Virus record (IMG/VR): IMGVR_UViG_3300032167_005013
Strand: one strand, 5' to 3'
From: a virus
Lineage: Duplodnaviria; Heunggongvirae; Uroviricota; Caudoviricetes
DNA length: 64,000 bases
In this document: piece after piece, positions 7,584-18,614 of the stretch
Layout: the number at the start of each line of letters is the position of its first letter
How positions within the stretch are numbered: the stretch's first letter is position 1
Program-made: the position numbers and the translations under genes
The notes under the pieces: generated by a model
Database searches by the model: none
What the model was told of the DNA's origin: nothing
The model's input: the letters and a program-made list of their open reading frames with translations, nothing else

Positions 7584-7681
7584 CTACACAATATTTTCCG
7601 TAAAGATAGTGATTTTATTTGAAATTAGCAAATGATGTTTTGGCATGGTTTTTGTAGTAAAGTAGATTAAAAACATTTATT

Positions 7682-8107
7682 ATGGAGAGATTTTACAGAG
7701 TAGAATACAATGGTGTCATATTGCGCCACGACAAATGTCAGGATGAAGAAGGATATTATGGTACATCCATTATGGTGCGTAATGATGATGACAGATGGGA
7801 AATTGACATTGACAAGCCCACATTCACAATCGGACGTTATTGCATGGGAGATGAAACCATTAGGAAGAACATTGCTGACGGGAAATTTTTCATCAATATC
7901 GAAGATGCCATTGAAAAGAGCAAGCCATTATGGGAAAAAGCATTTGGAAGTCCTGATGATTTATGGGAAGTCATTGAGATATTTGATGATGTTGAAATTA
8001 AAGTAATCAGCAAACCCATGAGCAAGAGATTGGCCAAGGAGGAAAAATCAAAATACAAGAACAGATATCTTGTACATTACGATATCAGAAAATATAAGAA
8101 CAAATAA
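7682..8107 (+). CDS. Hypothetical protein
   Basis: ORF preceded by sigma54-like motif TGGCATGGTTTTTGTA at 7641-7656. Confidence 0.7.
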   Translation: MERFYRVEYNGVILRHDKCQDEEGYYGTSIMVRNDDDRWEIDIDKPTFTIGRYCMGDETIRKNIADGKFFINIEDAIEKSKPLWEKAFGSPDDLWEVIEIFDDVEIKVISKPMSKRLAKEEKSKYKNRYLVHYDIRKYKNK

Positions 8108-8111
8108 GAAT

Positions 8112-8648
8112 ATGGAGGACGTTTTATATATACACATTGACAGCAAGGCTGATACCAATTGTTTATCTTCTGCATATTCATCCGATTCTCATGTCCTGTA
8201 TAATCCTACCAAGGGTGAAGTGCGAAAGGCATTGAAGTCATTTACCGGCCGGAGGATTGTTCTCCTTGGTCATGGAGACATCAATGGTCTTTATAACAAG
8301 GATTGGAATGGTTATGTCATTGACAGCAGTCTTGTTCAACTCCTGCGTGGTTTTGAGATAATCGGCATTTGGTGTTATGCAACTGAATTTGCAAGGAGAT
8401 ACGGTCTCCATGGCTTTTTCACAAGCATGTTCATTTCAAATGCAGATGAAGCGACCGAACTTGGATTCGATGGATGTCTTGGTGGCGACATCGAGGATAA
8501 TCTAAGGCTATTCTGTGAAAGGGTCAGGGAACTTATTCTTACAGGCTTCCCAACATCCACATGGTATGACTATTTCATGGAACAACCTGAAATTGAGGAG
8601 CCTTATGTACGTTACAACTATGAGGCAATGGAATTTTTTGAAAATTAA
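8112..8648 (+). CDS. Possible caspase/hemoglobinase-fold peptidase
   Basis: IVLLGHG...IGIWCYA His-Gly/Cys dyad spacing. Confidence 0.45.
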   Translation: MEDVLYIHIDSKADTNCLSSAYSSDSHVLYNPTKGEVRKALKSFTGRRIVLLGHGDINGLYNKDWNGYVIDSSLVQLLRGFEIIGIWCYATEFARRYGLHGFFTSMFISNADEATELGFDGCLGGDIEDNLRLFCERVRELILTGFPTSTWYDYFMEQPEIEEPYVRYNYEAMEFFEN

Positions 8649-9283
8649 ATGTTTTCACGTGGGATTTTAGCCCTTTTTCTTCCACTTTATTCCATTATTT
8701 TCCACGTTATAAACGTAAACGCTGTAAATGTTTGGTTTACAGCGTTTTAATTATAATATATTATATACCAAATATTTAAAGAAAAGGCATTCATAACTCT
8801 CTAAAAATAAGTGTATTAGGGAGGTGAAGAAAATTATTCTAAAAAAGGTTTATTTTGGAGGATAATTTTCTAATAATAATACATTCCCTTACCTTTTTGT
8901 ATGAAACGGTAATCTACACATGGTCTATCATTAAGTATTTTATATCTATCGGGGAACCAGTTGTGGGCGTCTTTTTTTATGTACTTAAAGAGTACTCTGC
9001 AGTTACAAGAGAAAGTGCTTGCCCAACCGCTTGGATGTATTGGTGCCTCGGTTGCCAAAGTGCATTTGGATAAGTTTGTCCTGAATCTTATTTTTCTGTT
9101 ATTATGCATATTAGAAATATGTTGGCGGTGAATTTCTCCATAGTAATTGCGTGGTCCCCCCATCTTCAAATAGTGAGTTAAGCCACTCATCATAACCACT
9201 ATGAGGGCTTTCGGGCCCTTTTACCACATGTTTATAAAACCCATTATAATTTGGGTCGAAATCATTTTTATCGTAAATCATTT

Positions 9284-9691
9284 TTAATCTCCAAACAATT
9301 CTGCGGTCCATTTTCTCCCACTGTATTCAAACCAATGGTCAGGATGGAAATACCAATTTCCGGTAAAGAGCCAATGAACGGGCCTTATGATTAAAAGAGT
9401 AATAAGCATCCAAATGAAGAAGAATGGCATTGTCAGTCTCATTATAGGTTTTGTTTTGATTTTCTCCGGTTTCCAAGAATATGCATGGAAAGGCATCCCC
9501 ATGTCTCCCCAATTACCGGTATTGTCTCCCCAATAATATCTTAGTGCTCGTTTCTGTTCATCGGAAAGATGATAGATTTCATCATCATATTCTTCAAAGA
9601 ATTTTTCAATTTCCTTGCAAACATCAAGTCCTGATAATCTTCTATATTTTTTAAAAAATAAACTCATGATTTTAATTATTTTATGTTGCAA
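9284..9691 (-). CDS. Hypothetical membrane protein
   Basis: One hydrophobic segment near the C-terminus. Confidence 0.6.
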   Translation of the reverse strand: MQHKIIKIMSLFFKKYRRLSGLDVCKEIEKFFEEYDDEIYHLSDEQKRALRYYWGDNTGNWGDMGMPFHAYSWKPEKIKTKPIMRLTMPFFFIWMLITLLIIRPVHWLFTGNWYFHPDHWFEYSGRKWTAELFGD

Positions 9692-9748
9692 ATATAGGGA
9701 AAATATATCATTAAAACAAATAAAGGAAAGGTTAACCTTTCCTTTATT

Positions 9749-10270
9749 TTAAAGAACAACAAACTGTGCAATTACCGCAGTGAATGTTGTCATGAAGGCA
9801 ATGGTTTCAAGCCAATATACCAAACAGGTTTTCAATGTTTTCGTCAACAGTGCAATCAACAAGACAAATACCGCCCACACGAGGATGAACCACCATAACT
9901 TTGCAACAAGAATCACCCACAAGAGAGCAAATACTGCAGCAAAAATAGCGCTTCCTGTATGAACACGACTTTCAAGCCCTCCGTTCTTGAATGCTGGAGC
10001 TGCTCCTGTAAACATTATGCCACTTGCAGCAAGAAATGCCGTGAACATGAACGGAGATGCTGCTGACAGTTCAAGCCATGCGGGAAGAAGCAGGAATGCC
10101 ATGCCAATCATCATCACCGGGAAAAGAAATCTTTGCCACGGTTTTCTATCATTGAAAAGATAGAACGTATTGCTCAAGGACTTCGGAACTCCGAAAAGAC
10201 TGAGGGCTGACATGTTATAGCCCCAATAAAGGCCAAATGCAGCCAATACCAAATAAATTATCCAACTCAT
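9749..10270 (-). CDS. Multi-pass membrane protein
   Basis: About 6 hydrophobic helices. Confidence 0.75.
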   Translation of the reverse strand: MSWIIYLVLAAFGLYWGYNMSALSLFGVPKSLSNTFYLFNDRKPWQRFLFPVMMIGMAFLLLPAWLELSAASPFMFTAFLAASGIMFTGAAPAFKNGGLESRVHTGSAIFAAVFALLWVILVAKLWWFILVWAVFVLLIALLTKTLKTCLVYWLETIAFMTTFTAVIAQFVVL

Positions 10271-10282
10271 ATAAATTTGTTT

Positions 10283-11117
10283 TTATCGTTTATTTCTCCA
10301 ATATTCAACGGTTTCCATAACTATATTGTAGTTTTCTTCGCCAAAACGTTCAATAAATTTCTCTTTATTGCAACAAGGGCATGGAATATCTTCACCCGGA
10401 TAATATAAATTGCCGTTATCATCACAGTCATCCAGGTCAAAAAGATAGCCGTTAATACAAGTGGCATCAGGGTAATTAGCCCCGAAAAAAGGAAAATCAA
10501 TGCATGTTTCTATCATAACTCAATAACCTACAGTATTAATAATCATCGACAGCAATTCCATTGGCTTATATTTTCTTGGTTTAAGTTTAATATATGCTTC
10601 TCTTCCGGAAGAATCACTTCTAACCCATATTCCTTTTACGTTACCGGTCTTTGTGTCATCACAAAGAATATAATAACCATGAGCAATACAGTAATTAATT
10701 GCTCCTACATATCTGTTCCACCGTTGCTGTCCATCCATTTTATTCTTCGTCTCTCTTATGGTTAATATTATGGCCGTAATCATATTCAGTATTTTCCGCT
10801 TCAAGTTGTTGACGACGGTCATTTTTCTTTTTCTCAATTTCGTCTTCACTTTTCACAATGTCTCTAGAACTGAAGAAAACAATCCCTGCGAAGATAACAA
10901 GGAACACAATCATCTCAAATGTACTCATATCTTACCACAAAACACAATTTAAAACTTCATCCATTGTCTCTTTGTTGATTTCAGGAAACTCCTGCTTTAT
11001 CGTATCAACAACCTCATTCTTATACTTCTTGTCAATGAGGTCTGACCAACCTCTGTCCTGTAAAAGCCTCAACGCTTTTGAAAGTAAATCAAAATCAATC
11101 ATATTTCTATTTTTCAT
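10283..11117 (-). other. Run of four small hypothetical ORFs (10283-10516, 10520-~10739, 10740-10928, 10932-11117)
   Basis: Abutting ORFs downstream of the promoter at 11127-11160. Confidence 0.55.
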
Positions 11118-11126
11118 TATTCATCC

Positions 11127-11160
11127 GCAAATATACAAATATTATGCCAAACTAACAAAA
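11127..11160 (-). promoter_or_regulatory. Bacteroidota primary-sigma promoter; further copies at ~12413, 15890, 19720, 27204, 43356
   Basis: Minus strand TTTG-N20-TATATTTG matches the -33/-7 consensus. Confidence 0.8.
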
Positions 11161-11293
11161 AATATGAAAATTATTTTGTTCTACGGACTTGCTTAAAGGA
11201 ACAACAGTATAATACTTACTATATAGACATATATTAAAAGTCGTGATGATATCCCCTTCTTCGTTTTATATGGCTATTTATAAAATAAAATCA

Positions 11294-11647
11294 GTGAAAT
11301 ATATCATTTCCATATTGTTTTTATTCATTCCCTTTACAGCCTTATCTCAGGAAAAGGAAGTCATTTCATATCACTTTGAATATGGCTTTGGATTATCTGA
11401 TTTTTATTCTTATCCACAACGTTTTGAACAGGATAAGATTATGCCATTTCCAATATTGGATGAATATATGGTGGGAATCAAGTTCAAGAAAAAAGAATTT
11501 GAAATCACGCCGATGATTGGAATTGTTGAACAGGAGTGGTATGACAGAAAAATGGTTTATAAACCCACTGTGGGGACTGTCATTAAAAAGAAAAACCTCC
11601 ATTTCAAAATATCGAATGGGGGTTTGTCTATTGTTATTTTATTTTAA
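11294..11647 (+). CDS. Small secreted or outer-membrane-like protein
   Basis: Signal-peptide-like N-terminus (KYIISILFLFIPFTALSQ), beta-strand pattern, C-terminal Phe; GTG start inferred. Confidence 0.45.
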   Translation: MKYIISILFLFIPFTALSQEKEVISYHFEYGFGLSDFYSYPQRFEQDKIMPFPILDEYMVGIKFKKKEFEITPMIGIVEQEWYDRKMVYKPTVGTVIKKKNLHFKISNGGLSIVILF

Positions 11648-11882
11648 AAAGAGTCTGTTTTTCAAACAGACTCCTCACAAAAACATCTACTCGACTTTCT
11701 TATTACCTGCAATGGCATAGCCGATAATTGCAAATACTCCGAAAAATGCACCAAGAATTGCTCCAAGCGTGGTATCACGTCCCCTCTTCTCAGCCATGCG
11801 ATAGCATAGATAGCCCCAAAGGACAGCAAACAAAAGCGTAATTAAAAAATCCATGTCATTTTATATTTAAAAGAATTATTTT

Positions 11883-12386
11883 TTACCAATAATAGCTGCT
11901 ACTTCCAAAAAGTATAAAAGCCCAACCAAGAAGTGCCAATGAAAATAGTAGCAGGATTCCATATGCAAGGTTATTCGGATAACGGGAAATCCCCTTAGGT
12001 AGTGTAATCTTGACACCATCATCACTATCATCAGTTAGGCTCTCCCTGACTTTCAACAGCACATTTGTCTTTTCAAGCTGAGAACTCTCGATGCAAGATT
12101 CGAGTTCCTGTCGGCATGCAAGAAGATTCTGATACCAAAAGCCGATATTATCACTTTCAGTCTTATAGAAGACTGATGTATAACCATCTGTCAGATGCTC
12201 GGACTCAGCATATTTGATTGCAACATCAAGGCGTTCCATCGCAAGTTCGACAGTATTTGCATCTGCTGCCTGCTTTATGTAACCGCTGCAGTTTTTGTTA
12301 AACATAATGGAGTTGATAGCATGAACTCCAAGACCAATGATTGAAATGACGAGACACAACATGCCCCAAACTGTAGTATTCCTCAT
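11883..12386 (-). CDS. Two-TM membrane protein
   Basis: N- and C-terminal hydrophobic helices. Confidence 0.7.
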   Translation of the reverse strand: MRNTTVWGMLCLVISIIGLGVHAINSIMFNKNCSGYIKQAADANTVELAMERLDVAIKYAESEHLTDGYTSVFYKTESDNIGFWYQNLLACRQELESCIESSQLEKTNVLLKVRESLTDDSDDGVKITLPKGISRYPNNLAYGILLLFSLALLGWAFILFGSSSYYW

Positions 12387-12482
12387 ATATTTTTAATTTA
12401 AAATGTTCGATTGCAAATATACAAAAATTGTACCAAATTAACAACAATAAGATGCATTATGAGAAAAAATCCGTTTTACTTT

Positions 12483-14033
12483 TTATTCCTCATCATCAGC
12501 ATACCCCTCAAGCATGTCCCCCGTGATGACACCCTTATCCATATCCTTCTTTTCCTGTTCAAAATAGAGGTCACTCTTAATCTTGAACGCCTCCTGAATA
12601 GGGTCATTTTCAATTCTGATGACAAGTCCTTCTCTCCAAACCTTATTCTTGCAAAGAGGCTCCTTAAGGTCCATACCGAACTTCTCCGAGTCAGTCTTCA
12701 TCCTGCGAACAAAGTTCTCATGCCAATGTTCCTCAGTTGAAAGGTCGGGGTAGATATCCTTTGCAGGGCCATGATACATCAGCTGCAGAGGGAAAATCTT
12801 ATCTTCAAGGTCAGGGTAAGTCTCAATCAGCCACTTGGTATATCCAATTACATCTGTGATTTCAAAATCCTCATACTTACCGGTTGCGGAGTTGAACTCA
12901 GTCACACGATAAATCATGAGCTTGTTCTCGCCCTTCTTACAACCATAGTCATATACCTTACCACCACGGGTAATGATGCCTGTTTCTGAATTAGGTACAT
13001 ATCCAAGAATTTCTCCGTAGATAATCATTCCATGGTCAACCTTACCCTTAAGAATCTCATACCACTGTGGGTAAACTGCATCAAGGCCTGTCGGATAATT
13101 GTCACCGGTCTTACCAACCTTTGAAGTACTGCTCTTAGGAGCCTCGACATAAGCATTTCCTGAACGAATGACATTTCGTGAACTGCAGACATCCTCCCAA
13201 TCAATATCCCATGTTCTCCACTTATCAGGCATCAACATGAATGCCTTAAGTATTAACTTATTAAGGAAATTGAAACGAGTCTTTGGGAGACGTGGGGTTC
13301 TCGTCTGAATATTACCGAAGATTATTGATGTTCCGTCCAACTTAAGAGAGATATCAACGACATCCTCAGGCTTGATTTTCCAAGCATTCCTCTCAAGGCT
13401 CTGTGTGTCGTAGTGAAACTGCCACTGTCCCTCGACAATCCTGTCAATCTTGGCAATGGTCTTCTTATGTCTCTTATAATGCTTTCCCTTTCCTGCTGAG
13501 TGCTTTCTCTCCTTGATTCGAGGAACATATGGCTTTGAGAAGAGGACACCATCAACGGTATCAAATTCAGTCCCAATATAATCCTCAAGATTCAACTTCT
13601 CAACACCCGGAAATGCGAGTGCCATTGCTCTCTGAGAGAAGAGGAAACCAAATGAAGGCACTCCGCCAAGACGAATCATCTTCACACGCCCATACTTATT
13701 GAAGAATCCTACCTTCCTCTTGGCTTCGTCCTTCTTATCCTCGCTCATCAGTTTTTCAACCTCCTCGTAGTTGACATTAAGTTGTCTTTCCCCAATTTCA
13801 AAAAGGTTGTTCTTTGAAAGGAAATCTGTGTTAAGTTCTGATTCGTTTGCTGCATAGAAAAGGATATCACCCTCGTGGCATTCGTCCTTTCTGACAACCA
13901 TTGTAAAGTTCTCAACAACAGTTACTCCGATTGAATCATATCCCGGAATATCCTTAACCTCTCCAATCTTCACGATTGTGGTACAATATTCCTGCTTAAA
14001 CTTTTCTGATTTTGTAAAAATGTTCTTTGCCAT
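12483..14033 (-). CDS. ATP-dependent RNA ligase (Rnl2/DRB0094-like) with N-terminal OB-like domain
   Basis: Nucleotidyltransferase motifs KLDGTS, IYGEI, REGLVIR, FKIKS. Confidence 0.8.
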   Translation of the reverse strand: MAKNIFTKSEKFKQEYCTTIVKIGEVKDIPGYDSIGVTVVENFTMVVRKDECHEGDILFYAANESELNTDFLSKNNLFEIGERQLNVNYEEVEKLMSEDKKDEAKRKVGFFNKYGRVKMIRLGGVPSFGFLFSQRAMALAFPGVEKLNLEDYIGTEFDTVDGVLFSKPYVPRIKERKHSAGKGKHYKRHKKTIAKIDRIVEGQWQFHYDTQSLERNAWKIKPEDVVDISLKLDGTSIIFGNIQTRTPRLPKTRFNFLNKLILKAFMLMPDKWRTWDIDWEDVCSSRNVIRSGNAYVEAPKSSTSKVGKTGDNYPTGLDAVYPQWYEILKGKVDHGMIIYGEILGYVPNSETGIITRGGKVYDYGCKKGENKLMIYRVTEFNSATGKYEDFEITDVIGYTKWLIETYPDLEDKIFPLQLMYHGPAKDIYPDLSTEEHWHENFVRRMKTDSEKFGMDLKEPLCKNKVWREGLVIRIENDPIQEAFKIKSDLYFEQEKKDMDKGVITGDMLEGYADDEE

Positions 14034-14036
14034 AAT

Positions 14037-16181
14037 TTATTCTTCGTTTAAAATTTCGTAAATTCTTTCAATTTGATTTTTGGTAAGATGCTTTTTGTTA
14101 AAAGAAGTATTATACTTTTCCATTTTGCCACATTTTTTGCAGACAAAAAGATATACATAGCAATGGATATACTCAGTTCTTGCTACTGTTTCCCATTCGT
14201 GTTTACAACCCCATTTTTCAAATATTTGCTTTATTAAATTTCTCATATGCTTTTTTTACAACCGCAACTACAACAAACCGAATATGACTCTGAACTAATT
14301 ATTGATGCTCCGCATGATGCAATAGCCCCAAAAATTCTCCAACCACCTTCAAGCCCCCAAAAATCTTCAGTAGTGACTTTATGTGTTGTTTCAGCCCTAC
14401 ATTTATCACAATATGTTTTTATATATTTTGCCATATTTTAATAAGTTCTCTTTAAACATAATGTCATATAATGTGTTGGACCATTCCAGTAATGTTCCCT
14501 TTCAACAACTTCCCAATATCTATTAAAATCATCTTTAATAGCATCTCCTTTAAGTGGTATATCCATTGGAGAAACATCCATACCGGATTTCCCAAATGTG
14601 CCAATATCTATTATACTTAAATTATCAATATCTTTAAAGTATACTGTCATGATTTATTTCTTAAATGTTTTACATAAATCTTTAATCAAACCTTCAGTAT
14701 CAAATGTTATGGAACACATGCCTGAGTACATAACACTTATATATTTAGTCATATCACATTCCCTTAACCATTTAATAATATCATCAGTTTTAGGAGACTT
14801 CTTTTCCAAGACAATCTTCTGAGCATTGATTACATTGCCGTTCTCGTCTTTGAATTGGTAGCCATCGGGAAGGTTAAACTCATTAACCCATCTACTTGAA
14901 AAGTTATCAACTAATCCTACTTCCTCTTCAACAAAATCCGTAGTTGGGGGTGATGGTGTTTTTTCACAAAGTTCATCTTCATATTCCTCAAGAGTGTAGA
15001 TTTTATAACCGAGTTTCATCAAGCCAAGTATATCCCAATCATTAGCAATACAATTACCATAATTCTTTTCAATGGCAATAATACCTTTACTCCCGTCAAG
15101 ATTATACTTATTTACTCCACCCATGTTTTCAAGAATCTTGATGATTTCCTGTCCTCGCGTTTCATGAGGCTTAAATGCTATTTTGTCCATATTGTTCTTA
15201 ATTTATGTAAGTCCCTTTTGAATAACCGTTTTTTATGATTGCCGCTCTATTTTCTAATTTCTTGTCTAATTCCTTTCGGCTCTCATTTGCCTTCTTCATC
15301 ATTTCCTCATTATGTTTCAAACATTTATCAAGTGTGTTGAAAGATTCCAAGGCATTGGTAACATAATCAATATGATATGATTTAATTTCTGTTGTTCTAT
15401 ACGTAAGGCCGCTTTCAAGTTCAGTTCTAAGTCCCAATATAGGATGCCATTTCCATCCATTATTATCTGTATATTCGATATAACAATACATTGTAGACCA
15501 CCAGAAATACTTGACTCTTATCATAAAAATTGGCCTAATATGGAGAATATCCTCCTTAATGAATTTAATTAATCGTTTCATGGTACTAAATAATCTACAG
15601 TTACCTTCCAAGTTCCATTTGGTGTATATATATAATCTCTAATTTCATCATTCATTGTGTCTAACAGTTCATCCCCGATATCAGCCAATTCTGATTTCGA
15701 ACAACGGATAAACTCCAATCCGGAGCCACCACCACTGTCAATGACAATGGGATGAACTCCTTCTTTTTTAAGTTCTAAAAGCAATGAAATAATTTTGTCG
15801 CATTTATGTTCCTGTTTCTCAGTAAGAGGTTTCAACGTTTTAAAAGTGTTATCCATAATCAAAGCGTATATCGTTCCCTTTTGTTATTTGCAAATATACA
15901 AAAATTATGCCAAACTACAAAATAATTTTTTCAATATTAAGAATCTGTTCAAAATCAAAATAAAGGAATTTAGTTGAACTTGGTCCGTCGTCACCATAAG
16001 TACAAATATCAAGACTATTATCACCACGATGATATCCCAATGCCCCCTCGAATGTAATTGTCTTAGGTATTCGTTCAAATATTGTCTTCCTATAATTTGG
16101 ATTAAACACTTCAATTTTTACTATATCGTTCCAAAGAATTCTTTTGTTTTCTAATATTTTTTCAAATGTTTCTCTCGTCAT
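14037..16181 (-). other. Run of small hypothetical ORFs (14037-14246, 14243-14434, 14438-14650, 14654-15190, 15198-15611, 15578-15862, 15915-16181)
   Basis: Abutting minus-strand ORFs; two have Zn-ribbon CxxC pairs. Confidence 0.6.
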
Positions 16182-16554
16182 ATTTTATAATTCTTGTTGG
16201 TAAATTCTTTTCTTTCGCAATATCAATCATATGTTTCGTCCCACGACTTTCGCCATCCCAAAATGCAATCAGTGCATCGGCATTCTCAGCCATTTCAAGA
16301 TTTCGTTTATATCCTGCGGACTTTCCATGCTTCTCCCAATCTGCAGGAAATTCCATGATGTTCAAACCATTTTCATTGGCATATTTCTCTCCAAGGAAAT
16401 CGGCCCCACGTGCTTTTCCTGAAACAATATATATCTGATGTGTTTTTCGTTTCTCGGATATGAGATTATTAACCTTTTCTTTAAGAAGATTATAATCATT
16501 AAAATCCCTTCCTCCTGCGATGATTATTCTGAATATTGGCTTTTTAATTCCCAT
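16162..16554 (-). CDS. SLOG/YspA-like (DUF2493) protein
   Basis: IIIAGGRDF...VSGKARGAD...SAGYKRN...AFWDGESRGT. Confidence 0.85.
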   Translation of the reverse strand: MGIKKPIFRIIIAGGRDFNDYNLLKEKVNNLISEKRKTHQIYIVSGKARGADFLGEKYANENGLNIMEFPADWEKHGKSAGYKRNLEMAENADALIAFWDGESRGTKHMIDIAKEKNLPTRIIKYDERNI

Positions 16555-16588
16555 ATCTCAACTATATTTTTGTATAAAAATACAAATT

Positions 16589-17773
16589 TTATTCCAAATC
16601 AACAAATTTTTGTTTTATTTTGATAGAATAAAACAACCCTATTGAGTAAAAAACAAATAATATCACAAAAAGAGCGTTATAGGATAGTCCCATTATATTG
16701 ATAATGAAATTGGATAATTGATTACCCGACAATCCAGCAAAAGCCCATGCTGATAATGTAAGCCCATGCAAGGTACTAATATTGCTCATCCCAAAATGAC
16801 TTTGAATGAGTGTTGGTAGTGTACTGAACCCACCTCCATATCCTGCATTGACAACACATAACATCATAGGAATTACAAGAGGTAAAAATGTTCCAAATAC
16901 CAATGTTAATGAAGAAGATAAAAATATTACAACATAAACCCATGCTTTATTTTTCATGAAATCAGATGCTGTTGAATAACCAAATCTTCCTACCGTATTG
17001 AAAAATGCTGTTAATGTGGCAAGTATTCCAATATTTGTGAGACCTGAGTATAAACCAATGTTTTTTTCAAATGAAATCAATGCTAAACCACATGTAATAT
17101 TAAGGTAAAAAACAAACCATATTTGACGATATGTTTTATTTTTAAAAATTTTTAGTGTCTCCCTAAAATGTGTTTTCACAACCGGTTCCACCCACCCATC
17201 AGGCTTTTTTATACAATACGTTGCCAAACCCATAAGAATTATACTAACGCCTGATATTATACCTAATGTCCATTCAACTCCCATATTGAAATTACACCAT
17301 TCAATGAACGGGGAAAATATGACTTTAGATAGGCCAAACCCCGATATTGCAATTCCTGTTGCAAGTCCTTTATGTTCTGAAAACCAAAGCATTAATGTTT
17401 TTACCGGGCTCAGATAACCAATACCCAAGCCAATGCCCATAAGACAACCGTATGATAATATAAGACCTATTCTACTTTTCAAATATATTGCTATAATTGA
17501 CAATACAAGACCTGATACAAAACATATAGTTGATAATAGTGAAGATTTTTTGACATTTTTTTCAACAAAACTCCCACCAAAAGCCGCTGACATACCTAAA
17601 AAGAAAATTGCCAACGAAAAACAAATCTCAATTGAAGCAACGCTACAGCCTATTGATGTTGCAATCTCATCTTTCAATAATGACCAACAATATACACTCC
17701 CAATACAAGAGTGTATTAATAAAGCAGGTATAGCACCTCTAAACCATTTATTATTTAATATTTCTTTCCCCAT
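16589..17773 (-). CDS. MFS transporter, oxalate/formate antiporter (OFA)-like
   Basis: About 12 TM; GIGLGIGYLSPVKTLMLWF, GYGGGFSTLP motifs. Confidence 0.85.
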   Translation of the reverse strand: MGKEILNNKWFRGAIPALLIHSCIGSVYCWSLLKDEIATSIGCSVASIEICFSLAIFFLGMSAAFGGSFVEKNVKKSSLLSTICFVSGLVLSIIAIYLKSRIGLILSYGCLMGIGLGIGYLSPVKTLMLWFSEHKGLATGIAISGFGLSKVIFSPFIEWCNFNMGVEWTLGIISGVSIILMGLATYCIKKPDGWVEPVVKTHFRETLKIFKNKTYRQIWFVFYLNITCGLALISFEKNIGLYSGLTNIGILATLTAFFNTVGRFGYSTASDFMKNKAWVYVVIFLSSSLTLVFGTFLPLVIPMMLCVVNAGYGGGFSTLPTLIQSHFGMSNISTLHGLTLSAWAFAGLSGNQLSNFIINIMGLSYNALFVILFVFYSIGLFYSIKIKQKFVDLE

Positions 17774-18390
17774 AGTATAAATCCATAAACACAGTTAATT
17801 GTCCAAAACACATATTGCGCCACCATGAACCAATTTTCTATTGACACCCACATTGCAATGCATATTATATCTTGAATAAACCATAATATCCAATTTTCCT
17901 TATATCTTAACATCATCAAAATCTGTGCCAAAATACCTAAGACAGTAGTGATGCTGTCAAACATAGGATGTGAATCCCCTAAATTATCAAGAATAGCCCA
18001 TCCCATGATGGTTAATCCGACTACAACTCCAAATACCCCAAGTATTGAATGGAAATCCAATGATTTTGTTTTTACAAGTTTTTCATCATCAAGGTTTTTC
18101 AACCATATGAAAATACCGGTAATCATTGTAAGAAAATAGAAAAGATTTTCAATGATTTTTCCATGAAGACCCTCCTGTACGCAAATTATCGTATATGTAC
18201 TCATCTGTAGAAAAGACCAAAAGTAGTAAGTCATTTTCTTTTCACTACACTGTACAACGGATATCATGCCAGCAATACCACTTACAAATGATAAAAAACT
18301 GTCCTTAGTGACTATATATACAATCACCTGAGACAACAAACCACATGCAAGCAGCATCGAACCAAAGTCAATTTTCCTTCTTATCTCCAC
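17755..18390 (-). CDS. pnuC: PnuC-family vitamin/nicotinamide riboside transporter
   Basis: DSITTVLGILAQILM..RYKENWILWFIQD motif. Confidence 0.85.
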   Translation of the reverse strand: MEIRRKIDFGSMLLACGLLSQVIVYIVTKDSFLSFVSGIAGMISVVQCSEKKMTYYFWSFLQMSTYTIICVQEGLHGKIIENLFYFLTMITGIFIWLKNLDDEKLVKTKSLDFHSILGVFGVVVGLTIMGWAILDNLGDSHPMFDSITTVLGILAQILMMLRYKENWILWFIQDIICIAMWVSIENWFMVAQYVFWTINCVYGFILWGKKY

Positions 18391-18614
18391 TTCTCAAAAT
18401 CTTCCGGATATTCAACATAAACCCATGCCCAAACATCGTCAATGATAAAATCAATATCGGGTTCGGGAAAATTATAAAAGGCTTTTCTTCCTTTTTCCTC
18501 AGAGTAAATACCATAATAGAACCAACTGCCGTCACGAGTAAAAAGAACCCGCTGCCCCTCATAAGGAACTTCTTCCTCAGTCAGGAACCATGTCAAATGT
18601 GTAACACTATTCAT
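18381..18614 (-). CDS. Small hypothetical protein
   Basis: ORF with likely start MTMNSV, overlapping the upstream stop. Confidence 0.5.
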   Translation of the reverse strand: MNSVTHLTWFLTEEEVPYEGQRVLFTRDGSWFYYGIYSEEKGRKAFYNFPEPDIDFIIDDVWAWVYVEYPEDFEKWR

